Origin: Geosiphon pyriformis uo1
Taxonomy: Eukaryota; Fungi; Glomeromycota
DNA: 64,000 nucleotides
Assembly: GCA_016748015.1 (NCBI GenBank)
Contig: JAAOMT010000307.1
Location: 14,048 to 78,047, forward strand
Direction: 5' to 3'
A model generated the notes under the pieces. That model did not search any database, was not told the origin of the DNA, and worked only from the letters and a program-made list of their open reading frames with translations. Every line of letters begins with the position of its first letter. Positions within the stretch are counted from its first letter, which is position 1. A program made the position numbers and the translations under genes. Of the stretch, positions 40,471 to 55,849 are shown piece after piece.

Positions 40471-43400
40471 CCATTTATTTCTCCTCCTCTAATAAAAAGT
40501 GATAACTTATTCAAAATAACTCTTTTTATGTAGTTTAACATTAAATGGGGAACAAAATTCAATTATAACTTTAGTCATGATGACTGGAATAAAAATTTAC
40601 CCTAGAAAATAAACATAAGCCCAGAGCTGATTAAGTCTTGAGAGTGATTGGGACTCGAAAAACCCACGTTAGAGACTGGCATTTTAATAATATTAATAAT
40701 ATTAATAAGCCATGAAAGACTAGAATAGAAACAAAGCTAGGAACTATCAAAGTGAGGGTAACTTCTATTTAATAAAAGAAGTCAGGAAGTCTTTGAACCA
40801 GGTATTCAATCAATGCACAACCTTTTCTCAAGAGTCTTTATGGTCTACAAGAGTCTTTATAGTCTACAAAAGAATTTCAAAAAGATAGACTACGAAGCGA
40901 TATTGATAAATATTGCCCTGATATACCATTTAGAAAGAAAAGGAAACCTGATAATGGAATTAAACCATGGCTAAGTCAATCCACAAACTCCATTTTGACG
41001 AATTTATCTTAAAATTGCCAGTCATTTGACTGCACTGCTTTAAATCTCCTAATCAGCATGCTTTTAAACCAACAAACAAAAATTATCAAAAGTTAATGAA
41101 AAAAATTAAAAAAAGAAAAATCAATTGACCGATAGTAATAATAATAATAATAATAATCTCAACAATTTTAATATGTTTCAGTGAATTTTAATTAAAGTCA
41201 GATTTATAAGAGATTCGAAAAGCATTATGAGAATCAACTTTTTTTCTGTAATTTTGAGAATCGGCAAATATTTCTAAAGACCAGTTGTTATTCTTGAATT
41301 CTTTTTCCCTTGAGACTAATTCCCAACTTTATACTTCTTGTCTTAATTTTCAGTATAACCAACTCATCCCTTTTCATATTCTTTTCGAATCTATCTATGA
41401 AAATTTAAAGTTAAATTTGATTTTCAACATTATTTTTTCCTATTTTTTAAGCAAATAAATATATTAGGCAAAATTATTTGAACCTAAATTTATTTAAGAT
41501 AATTGATATATATTAAGGAATGCTATTTTATAGGTTTTAATTAAAAATAAATTTATTTGTCGATAGTTAAGAAAATTCAGAAATTTAATAAATTATAATA
41601 AAAAAAATATTTAAAGAAAAGTAATTTTTTAATATAAGATTTTAACAAAGTACAATTTTTATGTTTTAGTTGACAAATCTTTAATTCAAAATAAATTTTA
41701 TTTCAAAAAATTGGGTTTTTAAAGAAAATATAAATGGCTAATACTAAAAATTTAAAAATTTAAATATATTGATATATTGATATATTGTTTTTTTGAATAA
41801 TCTATTATTAAATTTATACCATATGGTAATTGTTTGAATAATATTTGACAACAAATTTTGTATTTAATCTCTTTAATTAAAGTTTGAATTTATTTTTAGT
41901 TTGTTATCATGTTATTTAATCATATTTGTGAATTTCGAAAAATAAAAATTAAATAATGGACATTTGTAAATTCTTTTACTTTAATTAAATCTCTTTCTAA
42001 TAATTTAAATAAGAATTTTTTATATACAACTTCTGATATTACACAAAAGATCATTTATTAAAACCATTATTTAAATGCTGATAAGAATTATAAATTACAT
42101 TTAGTAAATTGCCAAAAAAGTAAATTGTTAAATAAAACATGAATATAAATTTTAATAAATTGTATGAAATAATTCTTTGATAATATAATTTGTAAATATT
42201 TTTATAATTATTATTGTTGTTTAAATCGCTTGTTTACTTTTTTTTTAAAAAAAAAATAATGTTTTTACTTATTTTTAATTCATTACTTAAAAAATTTAGT
42301 TTTAATTCTTAAATTATTATTGCTAATTAATAATCAAAAGTAAAATTATGTTATTAATTACTCTATTTTATATATATTTTTTAATGCTTTTATAAAATAA
42401 TTATATTACTATTTACATATTTAAAATAAAACATTTTATAATAAATGCAGTTCATGTTTTATTTGAATATAATCAGTTATTTGAACTTATATTATAATTA
42501 TCAGTCTTTTGAATTAAATAAACTCATTTTTTTTATTATATTCAAACATTTTTTAATATTACAACTGAATATTTAAGATTAATATAATAACTAACTAAGA
42601 AAAAAATTAATATTACTTAAATTAACATGACAATCAAATATTTTTAATTTATCATTAATTTAAAATTTGAAACATGATAAATAAAAAAATACAAACTTAA
42701 ATTAACAAAATTTATAAATGTAATTTTGAAAAAAAGTTTATATTTTATACTAGTAATTGTTAAAATATAATCAAAAAATATTTTATTTATTTATGCAAAA
42801 AGTAAAAAATATAGGCTAAATAGATTTTAGCAGAGTAATTAATAAGATATCAAGTATAATAATCGTTGAAATGAATAAAAAATAATAACTTTATTCTTTA
42901 TTATCTTGCGAAATAGGAATTAAAGTTAAACTTTAATTAGCAATAAAAAAAGACTAAAATTAAGTATATTTATAATAAGTAAAATTTATTGTTAATAATA
43001 TAAATTGAAACTTTGATTTATAAAATGTGAAATACTTTATTTTTTTATAAGAATTTTTAAATATTCAAAATATTTTGGTTTAATTAATCAATAATATTTA
43101 ATTTATAAAACAAGTATATTATATTGTTTTGGTTAATATATAAATAAAACTTTTTATGATATTTTGGTTTTTTAATTTTTTTTTAAATTTAAATCTAAAT
43201 TTTGATCTCATTTTAATTTAATATTATTTGTAATTTAAAATATATTTCAAAAAATAAGGTTTTTTTATTTTTTTTTTACGAATACAGCCTGAAGTTTTAA
43301 AATAAATAATATTAAATTTATATTAAAAAAATATATGTTAAGTTTCATCAATATTTAATTTCATTATTATGAAATATTATTTATAATCAGCAAAAATTAA

Positions 43401-44843
43401 TTGGTATTATAAATACTTTTAATTAAATAATTTATATTATAAAATTTTTGATTAAAGCATTCAAAGTTAGTTTTAAGAACAGACAAAATAAAAAATAAAA
43501 AGCAGCTGTTAATAAAACTTTTCTGTTTTAATATTAGACAAAAAAAATCAATTAACAAAAAATAATTTTATTAATAAAATATCTATTATTAAAGCATAAT
43601 ATCAAAGATATTTTATTTTAATAGATAAAAGTCTTTTAATTTTTAAAAATTTTGAATTATATCTCAATTTTTAAATGTCTTCTAATTCTTATATTAATTT
43701 TATTTAGGATTTTAAAATGTAATTTTTTATAGTTTACAATAATCTTAAATTAGTTATTATTATTATTATTGTGTTGTTGCTATTAATATTCTATAAATAA
43801 TTAAATTAATAATTTTTATTAAATTTATTTAATAGTTAAACTTATTTAATTAATTTGTAGCAAATAGTAGTTTAATAAATAATAACATTTTGTGATTTAT
43901 TAAACATAAAAAAACAACAATATAAATAGAAATTCTGCTTTTAAGAAATTATTTATTTTTTAAATATATGATTTAAAAAAGAGTTTTTTTAATTATAATT
44001 TATTCATATTTAATATTTTCTTTCTATTTATACACATATTAGAAAACAAAAAAATCAAAAAAACTAATTTAAAAATACATAATTACAACCTATGTTTACT
44101 TTGTTAAGAAAATATTTTAAATAAAATTTTTTAATTATTATAATATATATTAATTTATATTTTAAAAAAACTTTATAAATAATAATAAATTAGTTAATAA
44201 AATAATTAAAAATTTAATTTATATTTTATCTAATTAATATAACAGTTATAAAACTAATTTTTATTACTATAAATAAATTTTATAAGAGTATTTGTCAAAT
44301 ATTAATAAAATTGATAGAAAAAAATTTAATAAAATTTATACAGCAACTATAAGTGATAAATTAATTAATAAATATAATCTAAAACATTATAATTTAATAA
44401 AATATAAAAGATAAAAATTAGAAAGAGATATAGCAATAAGAATTATATTAATAAACAGCATAAAAATAATTAAAAAGATAAACAAACTATTATTATTATT
44501 ATTATAATTATTATTAATTTATATTAAATCAATTTATATTTACATATTATAATTTATTTTTAATCTAAATATTATCAATTTACTTATTTTTTTACATTGT
44601 ATTAACAATTAAATATTTAAAAAATTATTAAAATTAATAATAGTAATTATTTACAAAATATAAAAATATTTAAAATTAAAAATTGTCTAAAAATAATTGA
44701 AAAACTTATTTTAATTCATTTTTTTGGTATAATTAATTATAATTTATATTTAGATAATATCATAAAATATGAATTTAGTTATAATATTTACAATAATATA
44801 TAAATTTATAATATTTAATTATATTAATTAATATATTATAAAG

Positions 44844-45475
44844 CAATAATAATAACAATAACAATAATAACAATAATAACAATAGCAATAACAACAATAA
44901 TAATAATAGCAATAACAATAATTATAATAATAACAATAGTAACAACAGTAATAATAATAACAACAATAATAATAATAATAATAAAATAATAATAATAATA
45001 ATAATAATAACGATAATAACAATAATAATAGTAATAACAACACTAATAATAACAACAATAATAACAACAACAATAACAACAATAATAATAATAATAATAA
45101 TAACAACAACAATAATAAAAACAGTAATAATAATAATAATAGCAATAATAACAATAGCAATAACAATAATAATAATTATAACAGCAGCAATATTATTAAC
45201 AGTAATAATAGCAATAACAACAATAACAGTAATAATAACAATAATAATAACAATAGCAATAACAATAACAACAACAACAATAATAATAATAATAATAATA
45301 ACAATAATAATAACAATAATAATAACAATAATAACAGTAATAACAGTAATAACAACAATAATAATAACAATAATAACAATAATAACAATAACAATAATAA
45401 CAATAATAACAATAGCAATAACAATAATTATAATAATAACAATAGTAACAACAGTAATAATAATAACAACAATAA

Positions 45476-45506
<31 letters not shown>

Positions 45507-46360
45507 AGCAATAACAACAATAATAATAACAACAATAATAACAATAACAATAACAACAATAATAACAATAATAATAACAACAACAAAAATAATAAAAACA
45601 GTAATAATAAATAATAATAGCAATAATAACAATAGCAATAACAATAATAATAATAACAATAATAACAACAACAAAAATAATAACAACAATAATAACAATA
45701 ACAATAACAGTAATAACAATAATAACAATAATAACAACAATAATAATAACAATAATAACAATAATAACAATAATAATAACAATAACAATAACAATAACAA
45801 TAATAATAACAATAATAATAACAACAATAATAGTAATAATAATAATAACAACAATAATAACAACAACAACAATAATAATAATAATAATAACAATAATAAT
45901 AATAACAGTAATAACAACAACAATAACAATAATAATAACAATAAAAATAATAATAGCAATAATAATAATAACAATAATAACAACAACAAAAATAATAACA
46001 ATAATAATAACAATAACAATAACAACAATAACAATAATAACAGTAATAACAACAATAATAATAACAATAATAACAATAATAACAATAATAATAACAATAA
46101 TAATAACAATAATAATAACAATAACAATAATAACAATAGCAGTAATAACAGTAATAACAACAATAATAACAATAATAATAATAATAACAATAATAATAAC
46201 AATAATAATAACAGTAATAACAGTAATAACAGTAATAACAACAATAATAATAACAATAATAACAATAACAACAATAACAATAGTAATAATAACAATAGCA
46301 ACAACAATAATAAAAATAACAAAAACAATAGTAACAACAACAATAGCAATAATGACAACA
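44844..46360. repeat. 1.5-kb compound triplet tract (AAT/AAC/AGT/AGC) with an internal higher-order duplication of about 0.5 kb
   Basis: Almost exclusively A-R-Y triplets. Rare landmarks attataataataacaatagtaacaacagt (44921, 45427) and aaaacagtaataata (~45117, ~45595) recur. Confidence 0.92.
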
Positions 46361-47654
46361 AAAAAAGTCAAAAAAGAATAAAAAATATATGAAGTCTTAT
46401 AAATCAAATAATCTAATTGTCATTTGTTATTTTTATTTATGATAATAATAATGATAAACTCTAATAATCTTAATTTTTATTAGTTTATTGATCTTTTCAT
46501 AAAAGATATATTTTAAATAATTCTTAATTAATATATTATATTAATTATATAGTGTTCTATTTATACTTAAAAAAAAACAATATTCTCTTTATTTATTGTG
46601 ATTATTTTTGAGTTTGATGTTTTATTGTTTATTTGTTGACTTAATTTAACAATTTCTAATTTATCAAACTAAAAAGTGTAATTTTAAATATTTTCATGTA
46701 AAAATATCTATTTAAAGAGTTTTATTAATATTCTGCAACAATTTTTTTATAAATATTGTTGCTATTTCCTTTTGTTATTCTTTTTCTCAAATTAATTTTT
46801 TTCTTTCAATTCCAATTTACCATTATAAAATAAAAAAATTTATATATTTTTATAAAATTATAAATGATAAATTAATTTATGAGTTTGATTGTTAATTCCA
46901 TTAATTAGATTTTACAAGAATTTTTAAACATAATTTCGTTTAAAATTAATTAATTTTAATGTTAACTTAATTTAAAAAGAAGATAAACTTATTAATTATA
47001 TTAATATCTTAATTTGATTCTATATGTTTAATATGAAAAATAATATAATTTTAAACAAAATTGGTTTTAATTTTTCTGTTTTGATTTTATAATTAAAGTT
47101 TATAAATAACATTTTTATTTTAAATTAAATCAAGCTTTTTAATAAAAATATTGCTTTTTAAAATTGTTGTTATATAAAAAACAATTAATTTTAATTTTAA
47201 TTTGGCACAAATAATAAAAAATTCAAAAAATAAAACTGATTACTAATTATTATCTTGATTAATTCTTTTTTATAAGTGATTATATTTTAATTAAATTTTA
47301 TTATATTATTATATTATTATATTATAATATTTAAAATATAAATTAAAACGTTTCTTATATTCATTCAAATATTTTAAAATATTAAATATGTAATTTATCA
47401 AGATTTAATTCAAATTTTTCAAAAAATTAATAATTAATTTTTTTTGAATACAATTTATTCCTTTTTTAAACATTTTTTATTGATATAATTAAGATTACAT
47501 ATAAAATATTATTATTAACTCATTCTATAGATAATTTTTGGATCTCATAAAAGTATATATACTATCCTTTGCTAATTCTTGTACATTAAAATTTGTAATA
47601 ATAATAAATTTAATTTATATATGTATAACTTTTGTTGCTCTTAAAATACTATTA

Positions 47655-48190
47655 CAGAGCAGAATTTTTGCAACTTTTTAAAAAAATCATATATAATTGA
47701 AGTTTTTTGCAAAGTGACGAAATTTTCTTCTAGCTTTTTTGTATGGTGTTCAATTAAATAGTCTTCAAAATAATCAATAATGTTTTTAGAATAAGCTTGT
47801 CAACAGTAATAAGTAATTCTAAATGGTAAGTACTTCATATTTATTAAGAGAAATCTTACCACTGTATATAGTATTTATAGAAGAAATAAACATATAAATT
47901 TATTTTATCCAAAATATTTTGAAACAAATAAAAACCTTTACTTGAGAATTAGATCAAAAATATTAGATTAAATATTATGTTTAGCAAAAATAATTGTATT
48001 GTTTTCCCTTTTAACCTAATTAATAGAGAATGTTATAACAAAATATTGTGTAATATTGCTGCTGCTAAAATTTGTGAATGAGAATGAAAAGTTTTTATAT
48101 TAGATGCTTTTCCAAAAACAATTCTAACATCAGAAAAATTTTGAATTCCCAAAATTATGATAAAGTGAGAAAGAATTGCTAAAATGCCAT
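47655..48190 (-). pseudogene. Decayed BTB/POZ(-BACK) gene, paralog of 61367-62443
   Basis: The reverse strand matches the 61316-61900 region, including the upstream aaagactgcagattgaaatatcaatattt, FSDVRIVFGK...KTFHSHSQILAA, the same intron position and KKLQKFC. Confidence 0.8.
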
Positions 48191-50592
48191 TGATAAGATA
48201 TAAAAAGCTTTTTCAAATATTGATATTTCAATCTGCAGTCTTTATACTAATATGTAATTGACAAGTGATCAGATAAAAAATTAAAAAATACATTTTTGAA
48301 ATTCAATATTTGTAAATAAATTTGAGAATTAAAATTTTATTGAACTGAAGAAATATTTTTTAATTGTTTAGTTTATTGAAAAGTAACTTTTGTTTTTGGA
48401 AAATAAAGAAAATCTCAGATAGCTAAAAAATTTTTCTGAGTAGCTGGTCATGTGTTGAAACAGCATAATCCATGTTTATAGTAATAGAACCTCACTTTGT
48501 CATAGGAAAATTTTTTTTAATTAAATTGGTTAATTAAAATTAGTTTATTAGTGTTATAGATTTTTAGAAATTAATAAGTAAATTATAGATCCAAAAATAA
48601 TAGCATTAATATTATATTTTGATTTTGTGAATTTTGTTATGTTTTTATGGATTTGGTCACATTTACAAGATTCTAGTGTCAATTACCACTTTTCTCCAGA
48701 TATTTATAGTGTTATGGCCAACATATATATTTGTTGCAGGAATTGCCAATTTTTTTTGTTTAACTAATTGAATGTATATTAGTTTACCTAATATCAATAA
48801 AAGGTTTTATAAAAACAAAAAAAGTTAGCCTAAATTATTACACATTTAAATTTGAAATTAAAACCAATATAATAGTAATATCTTAATAAGAATTTTAAGC
48901 AATATAAATTTTTGTCTTATTAAAACAAAATATAATAATTACTTTTTTAAACCAGAACAAGATTATAATATTAATGTTTAGTTTAAAGTTATAAAAAATA
49001 CAAAATTTGTTTTAATCGTATTACATATATTTTTGAATGATTTTTTTAATTGTTGTTTGACTTTAAAAAGTGATCTGATTGATGTATTTTGGGCTTTGCT
49101 ATAAAATTTACACTTTTATAAAATATTACATTTTTAAACCTATTCATCTATTTGGTGTAAAGCTTAAATTGTTGCTGAGAATTTATTTTTCTTTTCAAAA
49201 TTTTATGTACTGTAGATTCTTCTATGCCAAATTAACTTATTAATATAATATTAGAAAGTGTTGCCTGGACAAAATCTTATTTTTTAAGCAAGTGTAAAGA
49301 AAATTATGTTTTTTTTATGAGTACAACGAGTGAAGTTTTTCTTTTTATATAAAGTTTTCTATAATTGCAAAATAATGGTTAAAAATATTAAATAAAATAA
49401 ACTTTTATTTCAAATAAATAATTTTTTTTGGATATTTCAAAATAATTCTTCGGATTAGGAAAAAAAATTATTACAGTTGATTGATTATCTATTTTCGGTT
49501 TAACAAGATTTACCATGTACATTCAATTTGTTTTAATAAGGAAATGGTTTTTAAAAATCTTTCTGAAATCGAAAAGCACATATTTGTTTAGCTATATGAG
49601 AATTAAGATTATTTACCCTTATTTGATTGAAATAGATCAAGAATGTATTCACAACAGAAGAATTGGTCAACTGTTTTAACAAATTAATTTATCCATTCCC
49701 CAACCCTTTAAAACAAAATGACAACGACTAAGAGAAAATGTTGGCAATGGATATGTTCACATAAATCCACAAATAATCTCATTACCATGAAAACTTTACT
49801 AATTAGAATAATTCTACATTAAAGGCTGTATTAATCAAAAAAATACATAAATTAAAAAGTCATTTATTTCTTTAAATTTTTTTTACTAAATTTTAAAATA
49901 TAACTTTTCAAGAAAAATAATTTATTGTCAAAAAAATTAAAATTAATATATTGATATATATATATATATACATTAATTTAATCTAACTTAATTTAATTTA
50001 ATATTATTTATTTGGTATTATAAATTATCAAAATTTATAAATTTAATTCACATTTTTCAAAAATTACATTGTTACCTTTATTGAATTTCTTAAAATTTGA
50101 AACAAAATTATATAGAAAATTTTTTAAAAAATTAATGTAATACTTGCCTAAAGAAAGTTTTTAACTGATCTACTCTTTGTTGTAAAAATAAATGACAATA
50201 TAAATAATTTCCAAATGTAATTTCTAAATAAACCCAAAATGTGCTAAACTACTTAACCAACATTGCAATTCTCTATTTTTAATGTGGTAAACGCTGGAAT
50301 TTTTATTGTAACAATTTATCCCTTTTTCGTGGTTGACCAAATGGAATAACAGATAGCAAGCTGGGAATAGAGAAAATGGTGTCAAGTATCATTTTTTGTT
50401 TCAATCTTTATACCATATTCCACCAAAAACACGTTATAAAATCACCTTTCATATCAATTGTATAAACCAATTGAATTAATTTTCATTCTATAATAAACTA
50501 CTTTACTTAAAATCACATGTTCCAAGTTCAATCTTCCTTTGCTTATCATTAATTATTTTTTTTTTATCTGATCTGATTTGGAATTTGTGTAT

Positions 50593-51960
50593 TTATGTAT
50601 TCAATCTAGATTTTTCGCAGTTTTCCATCCATTTCGAATGCTTTTTTCTCATTTTTTGTTGTCCCCTTCCATATAAATAACAAAGTGCAAGATCGTGTTG
50701 TGCCAGTGTATGTCCCGCTTCTGCTGCTTTTGAATAAAGTTCAAATGCTTTTTCTAAATTTTTTGTCGTTTCTTCTCTATTAGCATAACAATTTGCAAGA
50801 TAGTATTGTGCATTTAAATCTCCCGCCCCCACTGCTTTTAAAAAAAGTTCAAATGCTTTTTCTAAATTTTTCGTTGTTTTTTCTCCATTAGCATAAAAAG
50901 CTGCGAGATTGAATTGTGCCATTTTATGTCCTGCCTCTGCTGCTTTTGAAAAAAGTTCAAATCCTTTTTCTGAATTTTTTGTTGTTCCTTCTCCATTTAA
51001 ATAACAATTTGCAAGATTGTATTGTGCTGTTGTATGTTCCGCTTCTGCTGCTTTTAAATAAAGTTGAAATGCTTTTTCAGAATTTTATGTTGTTCCTTCT
51101 CCATTATCATAACAAACTGCAAGATTGTATTGTGCCAGTGTATGTCCCGCCTCTATTGCTTTTGAATAAAGTTGAAATGCTTTTTCTGATTTTTCGTTGT
51201 TCCTTTTCCATTAGCATGACAAAGTGCAAGATTAAATTGTGCCGTTGTATGTCCCGCCTCTGCTGCTTTTGAATAAAGTTGAAATGCTTTTTCAGAATTT
51301 TTTGTTGTCCCCCTTCCATATAAATAACAAAGTGCAAGATTGAGTTGTGTCATTGTATGTCCCGCCTCTGCTGCTTTTGAATAAAGTTTGAATGCTTTTT
51401 CAGAATTTTTCGTTGTTCCTTCTTCATTATCATAACAAACTGCAAGGCTATATTCAGCATCTGAATCTCCTGCCTCTACCACTTTTAAATAAAGTTCAAA
51501 TGCTTTTTCTCGATCTTGTTTAGTACTGATTCCATTATAATAGCAACGTCCTAAGAAGAATTGTCCAAAAGAGTTGTCTGCATTCGCTGCTTTTCAAAAT
51601 TCTAAAAATGCTCTTTTTAAATTAGGAATAGTTCCAATCCCATGTTCTAAAGAAAAGCCGAGCAAGATATAGTCTGCCGAACACTTTGAACTTTTATTAT
51701 TTAAGCAATTGAAGAAGTTTTCAGGTTTTTTCTGATTGAACTCAACATATTTTTTCACCGAGTCAGCAACTTTTGAATATTCACTAGCTGAAAAAATGGC
51801 CAAATTTTTTTTGATGACAATTAATGCTCCTTCAAGCCATTCGAAGGATGAAGTTGCATTTTCAATTGATGAAGTTAAAGAAATGATTTTTTGTAGCAAC
51901 ACAAATGAATTATTAAACCTCCAATATTTTGGATGGGTAAAGAAGTATTTAATCTTGCTA
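50593..51960 (-). pseudogene. Sel1-repeat protein pseudogene (no kinase seen)
   Basis: An N-terminal helical domain, LLGFSLEHGIGT...AF, then about 8 units KAFELYSKAAEAGH..AQ.NLA.CY.NG.GTTKN split across ORFs 51594, 51153 and 50593 by a stop and frameshifts. Confidence 0.88.
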
Positions 51961-51973
51961 ATAAATAAAGATT

Positions 51974-52355
51974 TTAACCTATAATCAAATTCCCGAAAAG
52001 CCTTGGCCTTGAAACGCTAGAAAGTTCTGAAAATAGATGCCTATTTTGTAAATTGTTTAAACGGGTAAAGATTTTTAAATCCAAAGACGTAAAAAAGGCT
52101 GATGATGTTTGTTATTGTCAATGATAAATTTTCTAAATCTACAATCTAGTTCCCAAGATTGCAGATGGTTCTTTTTTAACCTATAATCACATTTCTGAAA
52201 AGGCTAAACCTTAAAGAAATCTGAAATGCTGAAAATAGACGCCCATTTCATTTCCTCATTGCTTAAACGGGTAAAAGTGCAAAAGGCGTAAAAAGGCTGA
52301 ATATGATAAATTTTCTAAATATATAATCTAATCTTAACATTACAGTTGGTCTTCG
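51974..52355. repeat. Diverged tandem duplication of about 200 bp upstream of the Sel1 pseudogene (candidate promoter or 5'UTR)
   Basis: ttaacctataatca...ctgaaaataga...ttaaacgggtaaa...cgtaaaaa(a)ggctga...atgataaattttctaaat occurs twice. A similar aaaaataga...gcgtaaaaagg lies upstream of the 59.2 kb Sel1 gene. Confidence 0.75.
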
Positions 52356-55300
52356 TTAGCTCTAGCCAGTTCAGTAATAACAAATTTAATAACATTTCCT
52401 TTGCATAAAGTTTACAGCGAGTCGATAAACCAATTTAATTAATTAGTTATTCTCATAATTTTGTTTTAAAGAAAATGCCAAATCTCAATATTACCTTGAT
52501 ATTCACATTAAATTAAAATTTTCAAAATTATCATCTTTGTATTTCACTTGGCAAATATTTTGTTTAAAATTTTATACATATTGGTTGATATTTGAATATG
52601 TTAGATAAAATCTAAATTACAAAAATTAATTACTGTGTATCTTTGCCTTGAAGTTATATATTTTTGAAGTATAAACGCTTTAAATCCATTATAAAATTTG
52701 ATGAATTCAGCATTACTTTATTGAGTAGAGATATTTAAGTTTTAATGAAAAAATTAGTAAAATTTACTCAAAGAAATTGAGTATATTGAAACCTATAATG
52801 TAATTTTCACCAACTGTATTAATATCTAAGTACTGAAATATGAAGAGATGAATTCATAAAATGTGATTCAGTCAAAATTAAAGGCTAATTCAAAATTTAT
52901 GATTTTTTAAGCCTTGAGACTTTGAAGTTTTACAGCAAATCATTCTTGTTTAAGATTGTCACAGTATTATGTATAATTTTTGTTGAAATTAATAAATTTG
53001 GCTATTTTCCTGTGAGTTCTTGTCTTTATATAAAAGATTTTGAAACTTTGAGTTAAAATAACTATTAAATAATTAAATATTAAATAATCAAAGATTAAAT
53101 AATATAATTTTAAATTAAATAATAAAAACCAAGAAGAATTTCATATTTATTTGCTTTTATAGTTTAATTTTATAATTGGGAAAATGTTTAAGGTATTTAT
53201 TACATAATTATTATATTGATAAAATATATAATAAAATATTGAATTTTTAGAGTTAAAAAATTTTAAATTAAAAATAACATATGTTTGTTGTTAAAATGGT
53301 TTGAAAAAAATATAACACCAAAAAAAATATAAATTTTTAATTATAATTATAATTTTTGAAGTTCTAAGATCGTATTAAAAATAGCAATATAACATAAAAA
53401 CTCAAATTTTCTTTTATAAATTGTATTTTTTAAAATATTATTTCATTTAAATATTTTAAATATTTAAATAATAATTAATAAATCAAATTTAATACTTTTA
53501 GATAAATCGAATAAATTTTAATATAATAAAAAAAAGTTATAATTTTAAATGAAAAGAATCTAAAATCCAAAAAAAAATTCTATTATATTTATAAATCTAT
53601 TTTTAAATCTATACGTTTGGGAAAAATATCTTAATCATAAATTGTTAAATTTTTTAAGAATCTAACAAATTGAAAATATATATTATTCTAAAGTAATTTT
53701 TTTTATTTAAAATTTTTTTAATTATTTTATTAATATTTTATTTTACAGTTCATTTATTTTTATTTCTTAATTATACAATTATGTTATTTTTAAATTAGAT
53801 AATCATATATCTTTTCTATTTATAATATGACTTATAATATATATTAATATTATTTTTTACTTTATTCTTTAATATTTATTTATATTTACTTTTATTCTTG
53901 ACTTTTTTTATTTTTATTTTAGTTGAAACTTTATTTGTTTACAGTTTTAGAAACTTTTAATTTGCAATAGTTAAAAAAAATTAAAAAAATTAGGTTAAAA
54001 GTTTTACAAACTATTTAAAATTTGAGTTAAACTAATTTGATGAGAATATTTCAAGTTTTTACATATAAATTTTATAATAAAAAAACAATTATTGCACCAA
54101 CACGCTTATATTTTAAAAAATTTATCGTATACGTAATGATAAAACATAACTTTAATTAAGCATTAAATCCGGATAAGAATTTTTAATTCAATAATATTGT
54201 TTAATAAAACCTTTTAGCAGTCAATTAATTATTATGACATTATCAAAAATAGATATATAACTTTTTTATTTTATTTTCATAACCAAAAAATTACTATTAG
54301 ATTCTTTTTAGAGTTAAGATTTTTTTGATATTATTCATAAAATTTATTTATATGACTAATTTCATCAAAAACGAAAATTTTTTTCAGAAAAACTGACTTC
54401 TCTACTAATAATTTAGAAATTTAATTTTCTAATTTGCAAAGATTTTTATTTTAAAACTTAGCCTTCGCCAATTTCATTTAACTGTTTGAAGGTAGAGGGT
54501 AATAACGAAATTGGTAACAGGAAATAAGAGAGATAGAGAAAATAAACAAAAAGTCGGATGAAAAGGATGATATGTGAAAAACTCTGGAAGAAAACTCGAA
54601 TTAAACAATGTAAAAAACGGTTGAAGTTTGAGGAAAAATCTGTAAAATAATTAAGCAGAATAAAAAAAAATATTGGTAAAAGACGTTTTTTAATTTTCTG
54701 CAGATTCATAAATTTCTTGTTAAAATAACTACAAAGTAATAAATAGAATGATTTTTTTGATCATTAAGATGGGAAATAATTTTTCAAAATTGATTTTAAC
54801 TGTAATTATTTTTCAAATTTAAAAAGACTTTTTAACTTGGGTGCAGCCTTTCAAGCTTTCGTCAAGATATCTTTTTAATGGACTAATTAACACTTAAATA
54901 AAAATATACTTATTTTCTAACCATATTTTAATAGGCTAAAATTGGTCAATTTGCTTGAAATAATAAATTTTTTTTTTACAAAAGAATATAATTTTAAAAA
55001 ATAGTTTAATAATAATAATAATAAAAGTATCAGTAAAACAATATTAAATTCATAAATTATTTAAATATAAAACGTTTAAGTCAAATAATTTAATTGCTTG
55101 TCTTTTTTTTATATATCAATTTATGTTTTTCATTCTAATTATAAATTCAAAAACAGACTTGCGCATTGCTCCTAAAATAATTGATCGATAAAAATAGAAA
55201 TTTTTTATAATAATATTGACAAATAAAAACTAAATAATTGTATTATTTAGTATTATTTACTTTTGGTAATTTTAAAATAAAAATAATATTTGTCTTTTTA

Positions 55301-55849
55301 TTCAAGTAATTTTTTTATTTTATTTTATTTTTTATTTTCAAGTTTTTTTAATAATAGATTAACTAAAATTATTATATATTACTAGTAAGTTGTTATTTTG
55401 TTTTTTTAAAATCAAAAATGAAAATTAATTATTAAATTATTCAAATAAGAAAACTTTTTAAAACAAATATACTGTATTATTTCAAATTCCAATTAAAGAA
55501 ATATAATTTATATCATTAAGATTTTAAATAAAAAATATTAACAACCTTTTTTTATAAAGAAACTTTTAACATTTTTAAGCACAAAGAAAAAATTGAAATT
55601 ATTTTATTAAAAAAACAGATTATTATTTAAACCCAAAATACAAAATTTATATAAGTAAAGCTAATAAATTTAAACTTAAATTTTTGAATTTTTCATTATA
55701 CAGTATAAAAAAATTACGAAATTCTGAAATTTTAGGTAATTTCGTATCAATATTACAATAGCATTTCAAAAAAAGAACTTTAAATTACAATCTTATTTAA
55801 ACACAATAAAAATAATAAAGTATAACTTATATGGTAAACAAAATATGTA

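Noticed and set aside
40560-41400. Moderately GC-rich islands with short open frames and a ~19-bp direct repeat
   Set aside because: Possibly gene remnants, but no consistent frame or recognisable domain.
44828-46407. Long poly-Leu, poly-Ile/Val and poly-Tyr/Cys ORFs (up to 479 aa)
   Set aside because: These are reverse-strand readings of the triplet repeat, which lacks stops by composition, and they have non-ATG starts.
54458-54709. 83-aa Phe/Leu-rich ORF and purine-rich island
   Set aside because: Probably the antisense of a short charged coding remnant; no motif or gene structure can be supported.
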